Origin: Selaginella moellendorffii
Taxonomy: Eukaryota; Plantae; Lycopodiophyta
Direction of reading: 5' to 3'
Assembly (NCBI RefSeq): GCF_000143415.4
Contig: NW_003314307.1
Location: forward strand, 692,859-756,858
Length of the DNA: 64,000 bases
Shown one piece after another: positions 23,389 through 34,488 of this stretch; the first letter of the stretch is position 1, and the number at the start of each line of letters is the position of its first letter. The translations under genes were made by a program, and so were the position numbers. The notes beneath the pieces were generated by a model. That model searched no databases, was not told where the DNA came from, and saw only the letters and a program-made list of their open reading frames with translations.

Positions 23389-25890
23389 ATGGCAAAAGCT
23401 CTTTCCCTAGTGCTGATCGCTACACTCTCATCCGTTCTATCTTCCAGAGCAGTTCAACTGGGAGAAAAGCTCAGTGCCGGAAACCCACCATGGATTTCTC
23501 GTGGGAACACTTTCGCATTCGGCTTCTACAGCACTACTAGTGGTATGTCCACTCTCGCAATTTGGTACCAAAGCACAGGAACTGTCGTCTGGGAAGCCAC
23601 GCTAGACAATGGCGCAAGCACGAAAGAGAGAGTAAGCGTAAGCAGAAATGGAGTTCTCGAGCTCACCGCAACTGGTCTCGTCGTCACAGACGCTTCCAAG
23701 CCCGTGTGGACTTCAAATCTGCGATGCAACAATCGTTGCTCTGTCACCGTAGCTTCTCTGGAGGAAAATGGAAACCTTGTGCTGCTCGGCAATGGAACAA
23801 GGCTCTGGCAGAGCTTCGACTCACCAACAGATACAATTCTTCCCGAGCAAGATCTGGTTGGAAACATGACGCTGGTCTCCGGAAAGTATAGACTGAGCAT
23901 GAATAAGAGCAGTGTTGGCCTCTACTTTGATGGCTTTTCAGCGAATGAATCCTACTGGAGTGTTCTCAACAAGGATCTTGACGTGACGATGAAAAACTCC
24001 ATCCCCAGGCTCACCTTCAACAGGAATGGAAGTCTCGAGTTTTTCGACGCAAATGGAAGCTCTTGGTATCGCTACAAGTATGACAACGCGCAGCGGTACC
24101 CGATAGACTACGGAAACAGCAGCGTCTTGCGGAGGCTCACGCTGGAAAAGAATGGAACTTTGCGGAGCTACAGCACATATGGAGAGAGATCTCTCTGGAG
24201 AGTTGTGTGGCAATCGCTACTGCTCGAGTGCGATGTGTTTGGGACGTGTGGAAATTTCGGGCTTTGCAAGTACCAGCCCAGGAAGTCGTGCGTTTGCCCC
24301 CCAGGATTTCATACTGTACGTGATAGGAGCAGTGGTCAGCTCGATGGCGATTTTCCGGGATGCAGCTACAACTTTCCATTGAACTGTAGCAACAGCAAGA
24401 TGGTGGAGCTAGCTCGAGCCGATTTTCTTGGAAGTGGTTACATCGTCGGTTTAAACTCCAGCATGTCCTTGGAGCAGTGCAAGAAACTTTGCTTGGACGA
24501 TTGCCAGTGCGTTGGTGCTGCCTACACGCTTGACGGCTCGGGGCAATGCCGGCTAAGGAAAGGTGGCAGCACTCCATACAACATTGTCCAGTCGCCACAA
24601 AAGGCATCCATCGCTCTCATCAAACTCTCGGCCTCGGACACACGCGCACAAGCCGATCCAAACGACATGAAAAACCTCTTTGTCACGAGCATGAATGCCA
24701 GCGATCTATATCAAGCGGACAGTCGCAAGTCTAGCGGCACCAAGTTCTTCACGGCTTCTCGAGCACTCGTGTTTGGTGTGGCGGTGGGGGAATTTGTGAT
24801 CCTGTGCTGCGTTGTGATAGCAACGTCGATGTGGTGGCGAAGATCTAACAAGAAAATGTGGAACAAACATGCTGGTGATCACCATGGGCCGACGAGATTC
24901 TCATACGAGCAACTGGAAATTGCTACTGGGAACTTCCGTCACAAACTCGGCTCCGGTGGATTTGGGAGTGTCTACAAGGGTGTTCTTCCGGACAAAACAG
25001 TGGTGGCTGTGAAGACTCTAGAGGTTGCCACTCACGGAGAAAACCAGTTCAAAGCCGAGGTTGCCACTCTTGGAACGATTCATCACGTCAACTTGGTTAA
25101 ACTCTTGGGCTACTGTGTCGAGGGCAGCCACAGGGTTCTGGTTTACGAGTACATGACCAATGGATCGCTGGACAAAGTGTTGACGTCGATAAGAGCTCCT
25201 TGGAAAACCAGGTATTGTCATAGAAAATCGCAAAGTCCTAAGGTTAAACTCACTCTCTTGTTCAGATACTCCATTGCTATGGGCATTGCAAGGGGCATCA
25301 CCTACTTGCATGAGGAGTGCTACGAGTGCATTCTCCACTGCGACATCAAGCCACAAAACATCCTCCTCGACCAAAACTTGTGCCCAAAGGTGGCGGACTT
25401 TGGCCTTGCAAAGCTGACCAAGAAGGAGATGGCTCTCAACGTGACCACCATCCGAGGAACTCGAGGATACTTGGCGCCCGAGTGGATCAGCAATCGGCCC
25501 ATCACCACCAAAGTGGACGTCTACAGCTACGGAATGGTGCTGCTCGAGCTTCTAAGCGGCCATGACAAGTCAAGATCCGGCCAGAACACTTATTTCTCCG
25601 TGTGGGCTTTCCAGAAGTACATGGCGGGAGAGTTTGAGAGCATTGTGGATCCAAAGCCTGTCACGAGTGTCGAGTGGAGCCAGTTTGAGAGGATGCTCAA
25701 GACTGCGTTCTGGTGCATCCAGCTCGATGCGAATTTGAGGCCCAGCATGAGCCGGGTTATCCAGATGCTCGAGGACAACAGCTCCGAGCTTGCGGTTCCA
25801 CCATTTCCAACACCACTTGATCACGAAGCTGGAACTGGTAACTCGAGCTCCATTCCTCTCGAGACACAGTCGTTTCTGGAAGCACGCTAA
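23389..25890 (+). CDS. G-type lectin S-domain receptor-like kinase 2 (non-RD), with a probable 54-bp intron at 25212-25265
   Basis: Same architecture as kinase 1, with GSGGFGSVY, HCDIKPQN and GTRGYLAPEW. Removing GT...CAG at 25212-25265 restores WKTRYSIAMGIARG. Confidence 0.95.
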   Translation: MAKALSLVLIATLSSVLSSRAVQLGEKLSAGNPPWISRGNTFAFGFYSTTSGMSTLAIWYQSTGTVVWEATLDNGASTKERVSVSRNGVLELTATGLVVTDASKPVWTSNLRCNNRCSVTVASLEENGNLVLLGNGTRLWQSFDSPTDTILPEQDLVGNMTLVSGKYRLSMNKSSVGLYFDGFSANESYWSVLNKDLDVTMKNSIPRLTFNRNGSLEFFDANGSSWYRYKYDNAQRYPIDYGNSSVLRRLTLEKNGTLRSYSTYGERSLWRVVWQSLLLECDVFGTCGNFGLCKYQPRKSCVCPPGFHTVRDRSSGQLDGDFPGCSYNFPLNCSNSKMVELARADFLGSGYIVGLNSSMSLEQCKKLCLDDCQCVGAAYTLDGSGQCRLRKGGSTPYNIVQSPQKASIALIKLSASDTRAQADPNDMKNLFVTSMNASDLYQADSRKSSGTKFFTASRALVFGVAVGEFVILCCVVIATSMWWRRSNKKMWNKHAGDHHGPTRFSYEQLEIATGNFRHKLGSGGFGSVYKGVLPDKTVVAVKTLEVATHGENQFKAEVATLGTIHHVNLVKLLGYCVEGSHRVLVYEYMTNGSLDKVLTSIRAPWKTRYCHRKSQSPKVKLTLLFRYSIAMGIARGITYLHEECYECILHCDIKPQNILLDQNLCPKVADFGLAKLTKKEMALNVTTIRGTRGYLAPEWISNRPITTKVDVYSYGMVLLELLSGHDKSRSGQNTYFSVWAFQKYMAGEFESIVDPKPVTSVEWSQFERMLKTAFWCIQLDANLRPSMSRVIQMLEDNSSELAVPPFPTPLDHEAGTGNSSSIPLETQSFLEAR

Positions 25891-25999
25891 GCTAAGCTAG
25901 CTAAATTTATATTATAAAACTACAAAACGAAATAGGAATGCTTAGAGATTCCGGATGCCAGAAAGTTGATAAAGTAACATTTTGTCACTGTTATATTTC

Positions 26000-27152
26000 A
26001 TGCTCATGCTCTGCTTACATGCATAAAAATAAATATTGCGATTCATCGACATCACAGAGCCCGATATTCATATCTTGGAAAAGTTGGCCGCCGTAAAAAC
26101 CATGCAAGGATTTAATTTTCTCGATCTTTGGCTCGCGTCGAAAGTTACCGTTGAAAGAATTCGCTGATGATTACTTTAACCCCTAACGCTAGCCCGGACT
26201 ATCCCCACCAAAAGATCCAGGCCGTCGATCGCGTTGCCTCTCGACATTCCGCCACGAAATGCCGACCCGGCTTACGCGCGTTCCCTACAGTGGCACTATC
26301 TTCCTCTTTAGATTTGTTTTTGTTTCTTTTGCCGCAAGGAAGAAAGGAAGAGACGAGCAAAGCTGCGAGCAGCGGTCGAGCGATCGATCGAGCGATTGAG
26401 TGGTTTCATCACGGAGAAGATCAAAATGTCTGGAGGAGGGGGAAAAAATGACTACTAGAATCTGGTTCAAGAGCAGCTCCCCGAGCTCGACTACTGTGTC
26501 AATGACAGCCCTCCTCTCGGTTTGTTCTTGCGGTTTCTCCGATGGATTGATCGTGGTGACTTTCTTGGCCTACTTTTTTTTTAGAGGGAAAGAAGACATA
26601 ACAAGAAGAGCAAGCAACCGATTTAGTTCTCTCTATCAGCGATCGAGAAGAAGAAGACGCTCAAAGAAAGTTCAAGGTTTTCCAGAAAACAAGAAAACTT
26701 ACATCGTTTCCCATGGCATAAACGAGAGGAGTCGTGACCAAAACCGTTGTTCCGACCATGGTAAGATAGTGCTGGAATCCGACAACAATGGTCTCGGCTG
26801 CTCACTCTTTGCGAGCGGCATCAAGACGCTCATCCAGTCCTTCCTTGGAACCAGGCTTCCGGCCATTGTGGGGGGCTCCTACGCTTACATCCTCCCCATC
26901 TTCAGCATCATCAACTCTCCCAAGCTGCGAGCCATCAGACGATCGCGAGGTACAAAAAAAATCCATTTTTCTTTCTTCTGATCGACCCTGAAAGTTGTTT
27001 TCCATCGTTCTTCTCAGAGGTTTCTTCACTCGATGAAAGCTATCCAGGGAACTCTCATCTGTGCCTCCATTCTCCAGATAGTCCTTGGCTTCAGTGCACT
27101 CTGGGGTATTTTTTCAAGGTGTAGTTTAAGACTCGATCGTTTCTTTTTGTTT
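26000..27152 (+). pseudogene. Truncated duplicate of the NAT transporter 5' region, with a premature stop and an internal inversion
   Basis: Near copy of ~43480-44680. After ATG 26427, codon 11 is TAG instead of CAG. The segment ~26604-26804 is the reverse complement of ~44079-44280. Confidence 0.92.
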
Positions 27153-27905
27153 GACGATATAGTCGTGAGCCATCCAGCTATCCTCGTCCAAAACTCCCCG
27201 GCTGGAGCAAACGTTGAGCAGCGTGAGGAGCAAAACCTTGTCCGGCTTTATCCCTTCCACCGCCATGGATCGAAGCAGCCCCCAAGTCTCTCTCCTCCTC
27301 CCATTCTCCACAAACACGGACACCAAGATCGTCCAGCTGATCACATTCCTCCTCTCCAAACAATTGAAGAGTTGTTTGGCAAGATCCAGCCTCCCACACT
27401 TCCCATACATGCTGACCAGCGCATTCCCGATCTCCAAGTCGGAATCCAGCAGCTTGTCTTGGATCTGGCGATGGATCCCGGCACCATCTTCGAGCCGCTT
27501 GAGGATGCCACACACGTTGAGAGCCGCCAGGAACACAAGTCGGTTGGGCTCCACGCCGGCCTTGATCATCTGGTGGAATCTCTCCAGCGCCTGGTTATGG
27601 AGGCCCGCGTGGAAGTACGCCACGAGAATCGACGTCCAGGAGAAGATGTTCTTGTGCGCGATGGAGTCGAATGCGCGCTGCGCCTCGTCAGTCCTGCCGC
27701 ATTTGCCATACATTTGGACGAGGCAGTTACCCAAGAATCGCGAGCCGCTCTCCTCGCGATCGCCCAGCAGGAGCCCTGATTCACGGATCTGCGCGTGGAG
27801 GCGGTTGCCCTGTGAAAAATCCCCCAGCCTACCGCATTCCCTAAGGAGGCGCGCGTAGCTCCGGCACAGATCGTCCACGCCGCTTCTGGAGATCGCCGCG
27901 CGCAT
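27126..27905 (-). pseudogene. Truncated duplicate of the first ~250 codons of the DYW-PPR gene
   Basis: The 259-aa ORF is nearly identical to the N-terminus of 14962..18342. Similarity stops at ~27153 (equivalent to 17590), where it abuts NAT intron sequence. Confidence 0.93.
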
Positions 27906-29212
27906 CTATCAGCAGCCATCGCCAAAGCTTAAATCTCGGTTGACATTAAATTTTATTTCCCAATGTTAAAGTGTTGAGAAGTCGAGTGCTGGGAAGAGCG
28001 CCATGATGTATGGAATCATTAGTCTCACAGTCATGGCCGTCACGTACTGTCCTCACAATGTCCACTCTTGTTTCTTCTGCAAGCTGTAATAGAGGATAGC
28101 GAACTTGAGCACTTCGAGTGTGGAGACCAAGAACTTCAATCGTGGCTTGGCTTCATTGCTCATTTGGAGAGAATCACTGCTGTTGTTGTTTTCCAAGACT
28201 TTGATGCATTCGGGTGCAATGCCCTTCTTGCCGATGTGATGCACTCTACTCTAGTTGGAAGCTTCCAAAGTATTCAGCAGTGAGGAGACACTTGCAGTCA
28301 CTAGCGCACACCATTTCTGCCTTAAATGCCAGGAGGGGTTGCATGCCTAACTCCTCATCACTAGGTCTCATCAAGGTAGAACTCCTTTGTGAGGGAGTGT
28401 GCTGCTATGCTTCTTTGTTTCCCCATTGAGTCTTTATCTTGGGTTTTCTCATTCTTCTGATTGTAAACTTCAGAGGGCTTGTTTGTCTCTCATCTTCTGT
28501 GTGTTTATTGTAGAGTCTTGGAAGATTCTTGTGTCTTTAATTCTTGTTTTTGGTTGAAAAGTCTTTGAGTTATAATTTTTCAATTGATCTTCATAGGATT
28601 TTGATTGTGGGGCAAGGTTTCCCTCGCCCCACCACTTCTTCATTTTGAATTCTAGAGTGTCATGATTGTAGCCTTCACTTCTTTCAAGATTATTGTTGAT
28701 GAGGTTCATGTTGATTGATCAATATTCTTGAGCTTATTGGGGTTGACAATTTCATGGTTGGCTTGTTCATGTTGTTTGTTAAGTGTATAAATGAATTTGA
28801 AATTGTATTCTTGAAATAGTAAGAACCATTATACAATTTTATCAGTGAGGATGGTTTTGTTGAGTAAATAGTGCTTAAACTTTTAGAGTGTGTAAACCAG
28901 GTGTCAACTTGAATGTTAAAGTCTTTTTCTCAATTTTGTTGAGTAGAGCTTTAGACATCCTTATATGTTTTGATATTGATAATTACTGCAAAAGTGATAT
29001 AAATCATATTGAAGGAGTTTTGATACTTTAATTATATAATTTTATTGCCATATAAAAAATCCTCATACTCACTTATCTAAAAATGCTATTTGCATTTGGC
29101 ATTTATATTCATTTTTAGAATATTATCTAGGAATATGCTTTTGATAAAATGGTTGAAATTAAAAACTTGGCCTAGATTAAAATAAGTAACACTTTAATTA
29201 TTTTTTAAGTAG

Positions 29213-29460
29213 GTCAAGAGCGTGAAAGTTTTGAAAGAGCATCTAAAGCTCAAACTGGATAAGCTGCTAACAAGTAGACCAAAGGTACCTGAGATCTGTC
29301 AAGCTGTCATTCTAGCCAAAGCAAAGAAATTTCAACAACAAAAGCTTATGTGCATGAAGCACTTCAGGAGCAAGTTGGGCATTCAGGACCATCGACTATT
29401 CAAAGTCGCAGTGAGCCATCTGCATGACATGGGGGAGGGGATCTATTTTGATCAGGAGGT
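29213..29460 (+). pseudogene. Fragment resembling the ROC-COR junction of Roco/TORNADO1-like proteins
   Basis: SVKVLKEHL...LLTSRPKVPEIC...AVSHLHDMGEGIYFD resembles the LHxxGE(I/V)IYF signature of COR domains. A plausible splice acceptor precedes it. Confidence 0.55.
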
Positions 29461-29489
29461 GTTTCAAATGTTAATTCCTCATGTCCAAA

Positions 29490-30400
29490 TGGGAAGGGAA
29501 ATCCATATTGAGATTGATTGGCTCAACTATTCCTTGAATGCAGGTGTGGAGAATGCACTGATTCACATGTATACCAAGTGTGCACTCATGGTGAAAGTGC
29601 TCTGGATCTTCAAGGGCATGAAAGGTTGCCAACCGGTATAGTGTTGCTTTGTGGATGTCTCTCATCCTTGGCTATGTTGAGAGCAGTAAGGAATATCTAT
29701 CTCTAGAGATATTCCACCGCTAAGAGATGTCCCCTGGATTCATAGAGCTTTGTCACACTGATCAAGATGTGCTCCAGTTGAATTTTTGCTCAAGATGGGT
29801 CAGGATTTGTACACTGGGAGAATTGAGGAAGCTCATAGAGTTTTTTGAGGGATTCTCCAGCCAAATGTCGTGTCATGGATGATTTTGATCCTGAGGCATG
29901 TCCTGAATGAACAAGGTCATCTATTTCTTCTCTGTCATGCAATGTGAGGGATGCATGTCAAGCGTTTGTTGTGGTGCTCAAGGCCTTTAGCAACTTGGCA
30001 GCAAGACCAAAAGCTCTGATCATAGTGACAAGAAGAAAAGGCTTTTCCAGGTTTCTAGACTTGCAGTGGCTATGAGTCTGATGTATTCATCACTAGCACT
30101 ATGGTTGATATATATGCAAAGTTTGGCAATATGGTGGAGGCCTATAGAGTTTTTGAAGGAATAGCCCATTGAGATATTGGCTCCTGGATGACAATTATAC
30201 TAGGATATGCTCAAAATGGTGAAGTCAAGGTGGCCTTGGATTTCTTCTTAAGGACGTAGTCGCATGGAGGGTGTGCAGACACCATGGCTTTTCTTTTTGC
30301 AATTCTAGCATGCACGAGTCTGGCTGCATAAGGGCCATTCCAATGAATTGATGGGAAACTTGTGAAGCTCTAGGCTCTAGAGAAAGGGATGGAAGGCCAT
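29490..30400 (+). pseudogene. Highly degenerate PLS-PPR pseudogene
   Basis: GREIH...NALIHMYTKC, EEAHRVF..PNVVSWMILI and ALWLIYM/YAKFGNMVEAYRVFEG...SWMTIILGYAQNG fragments, broken by stops and frameshifts. Confidence 0.8.
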
Positions 30401-30914
30401 AAACTGGAAAAAGTAAAAAACTTTTTACAATAGATAATGTTAAATTATAATTGTAAAAGAATGTTTGTGAGGTCTAAGTGTATGGCTATGATGTTATATA
30501 CTACTATTAGCATAATAGAATTTTGGTAGCCATCAAATTGGTTTCAATTTAGACTATTTACCCATGTATATAAGTTAAAATTTTTAGGCTAATTGACATA
30601 TTCTATATTGGTGGAGATAGGGGCAAATTTGATTGTCACTAATAAGTGCTTGGATTTGGGATTTTGCTATAGATCTTGTTTAAATCTCTCTTTCTTTATA
30701 GTTTTTTTAATTTCTTCCTATTTTGCTTTTTCCTTTTCCATTCATTTTCATGGTAGAGAAGCAGTTTCCTCCTCCTTTGACTCTGGAGTAGTAATTGGTG
30801 CAATTGCTTAATGCTATGTAGTTGCAATTAAACAATCAAACTCAGTTAATGGTAATATTCACACTATTTGGTACAGCTCCTTCTGCTCTTGCTACTAATC
30901 CTTATGTCTGGTCG

Positions 30915-32015
30915 GAGTTTTTTTATGAAAATTCTAGGGATGATGTGTACCATTGGTTCAATCATTTCATGGTGATTGCTATAAATCATTCTTGGAATGA
31001 TGCTTGGTGTTTGCATGAATTTCCCATGTGTCTTCAAGGGATGGTACTGCAATGGTACAATGGTTTCAGCACAACCACTCGTGAAGATTAGAAAATTCTC
31101 CTAGACGTATTCAAATGCACATTTGGATATGTTGATGATTATGATGATGCCTTTAACAATTGCATCATCTTCATCAAAAGTGATTTGATTTTGTGATGCA
31201 ATTTAGCATTTGTTTCAGAAGCCTCTTTCTTCGTGCAAAGCTAAATATGTTAAAGTGGATCAAGTTGAGAATCTTGTGGTTAGCACTTCTTCAAAATCTT
31301 GTAAGCTTTATGCATGCACTTGACGATGCTCTTCGCTTGGCATAACATTATAAGACGTCACCTCTTCCACTTCTCATTGCACGTCCTTTATCTCCACTTC
31401 TTGTAAGAGATGGTCTTATTCCAATGGATGTTAATATTACTGCTGCCCAAGTTCAAGGACAAGGGTGAGGACATCTGCCATAACCAGACTGATTTTCACC
31501 TAGATGCCATAGGTCATAGGACGTCATCTAGGTGGAAATCTTGTGTCAATAATGTCCTATTAGTGTTGTTGCAATGGAAAGTTTGGACACTAAGATGCTT
31601 CTAGAAAACGAAGAGTCACACAAGTAGTACAAGGACCTTATGTGAATACATTAGTGACACCTCCATCTTTCTTTTATGAGTATTATCAAAGGGTTCACTC
31701 CACACCAGTTCATTTAGTGTTACTTTCCAAACTTATTTCTATAACAAAAGATTTCTTATTTTTCTCTCCATGTTAATTGATATAGGCTTGAGTTTATCTT
31801 TTATTACTCAACTTGTTGCAACATATTGCCATTTACATTTGCGTCATATAGTAAAGTCAATTTTCATTCTTTATAGCAACAGTTGTATATATACATGTGC
31901 ACAGGATGAGGCAAATCTAATTGTGTGTGTGGGCAATCTAAACTTCAGTTACAGTTATTATAGATGGTGTAGAGTCAAGTTTTTGACTTTATCCTTGGTA
32001 TAGATTGGTTATAAT
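30915..32015 (+). mobile_element. Decayed Ty3/gypsy gag-protease relic
   Basis: DVYHWFNHF...NHSWND...FPMCLQGMVLQWY resembles retrotransposon capsid. LIDIGLSLSFI resembles the D-[TS]-G protease site. There are many stops and CpG is depleted. Confidence 0.6.
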
Positions 32016-32027
32016 TATGCCAAGTGT

Positions 32028-34040
32028 ATGTTCCTCCTAGTGATTGTAAAAAGAATCCTATAAAGCTTGTTTTGGCCACTTAAGCTGACTACTACTACTA
32101 CAATGACTATATATTAGACAATATTGGAGTAATGTAATAGTATGTGTGAGGTTTTGGTTGTAATCCACAGTCACTCATCACGTTCCTACCAAGCTCATGG
32201 TGAAGAGCCTCTTGAAGCTTGTTGAATGCATGTTCTTGAAGAGCTCCCCACATGAAAGGTGTGTAATAGCATCACCAGAGGTAAAAAACATTGAGGCGTA
32301 GCCTTGGATAAAACGTCAAAAGGATCCCAAGAAAACAGTGCAGCTGTGGACTGAGGTCAGGGGCGAAAACTCCAAAAATTCTTTGTGTTGTGCCATGTGA
32401 GAGACTACACATTGTTTGGAGATATCAAAGCCTAAGAGGCAGCCTTTGGTGACAGCAAACTTACACTTGTCTAGGTTAAGAGTGAAGCAATGATGCCAGC
32501 AAGCTCCAAGTGCCACAAATGCTCCTCAAAAGACCCACAGTGAATCACCCGGCAAGTCATGAAAGGCAAATGTCATGAAATGTTGGACATCTATGCAAAT
32601 CCACAGCTTGCCACTAACTTTCCACAGAACCATGTTGGACACCAATCTCTTGACTCCCACATGTAGAAGTTTCTCCTCCTTAATTGATGGCAACAATGCT
32701 GTGTTGAAATGTCCTATGCCTTGGCATTGTCAAAGAGCTTGATCTCATGGCAATGACCTCTAAGGTGGGCAAATGCGTCTTTGAAAGAACAAAGAAGCTC
32801 CAGGAGCTGGTTTTCGTATGCACTCATGAAGACTGGATCTGAGTCGTCCGAGAGGAAGGCCTGCTTGCAACGATCATCTAGGGTCAGAGATGTGTTGGCA
32901 GCATCAAACATGTCCAGTGGTGGCTCCGTGGCCGTTGTAGGAACTCGTTCATGCATCACCTTGATCGCTTCATGAGAAAGTTTATCCGCCCAGAAATTCC
33001 TGGTGTGTGCGATGCTCAGAAAAGTGTCAGTGTCAAAGAGGGATGTGAGGTCAATAGCTCACTGCCACAGGTCACGAATATTGGTTTTGTGGAAATGATA
33101 CTCGCCATTAAGTTGCCAGATGACAAGCTGAGAGTCTCCTGTGCATTGGACGTGGCAGATTCCATGTTGTGAGGCAAGCTCCATGGCAGAGATCATGGAC
33201 AAATACTCTGCCTCGTTAGCTGAAGTTGCAAGAAGTGTTGTGGAGAGCTGAGCCACATTTTGCTATTTGTCACTCCAATTCCTGCTCGATGACCATGCAC
33301 CATTGAAGTAAGCTGTAAAGAGTTCTGGAGGGCTCTCAAAGAGAGATGAGGAATTAACAATGCTCTCCAGATCTGCTTCGTGGCCTTGGGAGTCAGCAAT
33401 GAGAGGTGTCACTGAGAAAGGTGACGGCGGCAAAGGAACTGGGATTGCGAGCTGAGCAGCCTCCAAAGCGGTAGCAACTGAAGGAAGATCGTTAGTGTAG
33501 GTGGAGCTGGTGCTAGGAGTCTCGTTGCCACTTTGTGTCGCCACTGGGGAAATGGCATTTGTGGTGTTGTCAAGAGTGACCGAGTGTTGAGCTTGACAAA
33601 CAAGTTCCGAGGGAGTGTGCTGTAGGTGGAAGTACAGTGGAGAATGTGGATCCCAGGGAGAGAAGCATCTTGTAGCAGCTCTGGAAAGACCACTAGAAAG
33701 GAATCTATCATCTATGGAGTGCTGTGAGCAGCTGCAAGGGAAGAAACCACTGGTGACAACACGAGGGAGCCTTTCTGATTGGAGAAGGTGGCATGATGAA
33801 TGCCATCCGAAATGGAGAACAATCCCTTGTGTCAATCTGTTTGAGCATGGATGGCATCTTGCCAGCTTCATCCAAGGATTAATTGTACCTCCAATGTTTT
33901 ACCTTTTATCGTTCGTTTTATCGGAAGAAAGTGGTGTCTTGTAGTTTACCACCAAGAAATCGACCAAGGTTTCAACATCTTTGCAAATGTCCTTGGGGAT
34001 GACAAGATGTTGGGCAAATTTCTCAAGCATGATGGGGATG
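32028..34040. repeat. Copy 1 of a ~2-kb direct duplication (partner 38768-40824)
   Basis: Near-identical sequence and matching ORF translations (e.g. 33059..33256 and 39842..40039). It includes a receptor-kinase fragment at ~32028-32138. Confidence 0.95.
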
Positions 34041-34290
34041 ACATGAAAAAGGATATGGGCTCCAGAGAGTATATGACAAAAACACTCCAAAGTGTGCTGG
34101 TGATTCACGTTGACAGGTACAAATGCCGAAGCCTCCTTGCCAACAATGACAAAGATCTCAAAAAGCTTTCCTCGATTTGGAGCACACATCACTGGGGCAA
34201 GGTGAAGTTGCCAAGTACTTGGAGGCTGGTTGTGCTCCTGATAGTTTCTCCCTGGACCAGCAATGAGTGGCAGTACCTATTTCTCTAGTA
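32140..34290 (-). mobile_element. Ty3/gypsy Tat-like pol relic with archaeal-type RNase H and RT remnants
   Basis: AYFNGA...ANEAEYLSMISAMELA...GDSQLVIWQLNGEY is RNase HI-like. It is followed by CHEIKL and the RT C-terminal FTLNLDKCKF...LLGFDIS. Confidence 0.8.
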
Positions 34291-34488
34291 GATGGGCTGA
34301 ATTGATTTCTTAAAATAAACAGGGTTGGCATTTTTTAGTCTACTTTGGCCCACTACTAGTTGCATGTTAGAGTTTATCCATGCATATGAGTTGCCAGCTA
34401 GTGATCATAATTTTCCAAAACAAATAATAGTAGAATAGAGGTTTACCATTTCGAAAAAGATAAAGAACTAATAATGATATCACCTCTA

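Noticed and set aside
18993-25890. A true self-incompatibility S-locus
   Set aside because: The kinases are near-intronless SD-2-type rather than SRK-like, and no SCR/SP11-like ligand gene is visible.
27960-28430. Short ORFs upstream of the PPR fragment
   Set aside because: No identifiable domain or consistent exon structure.
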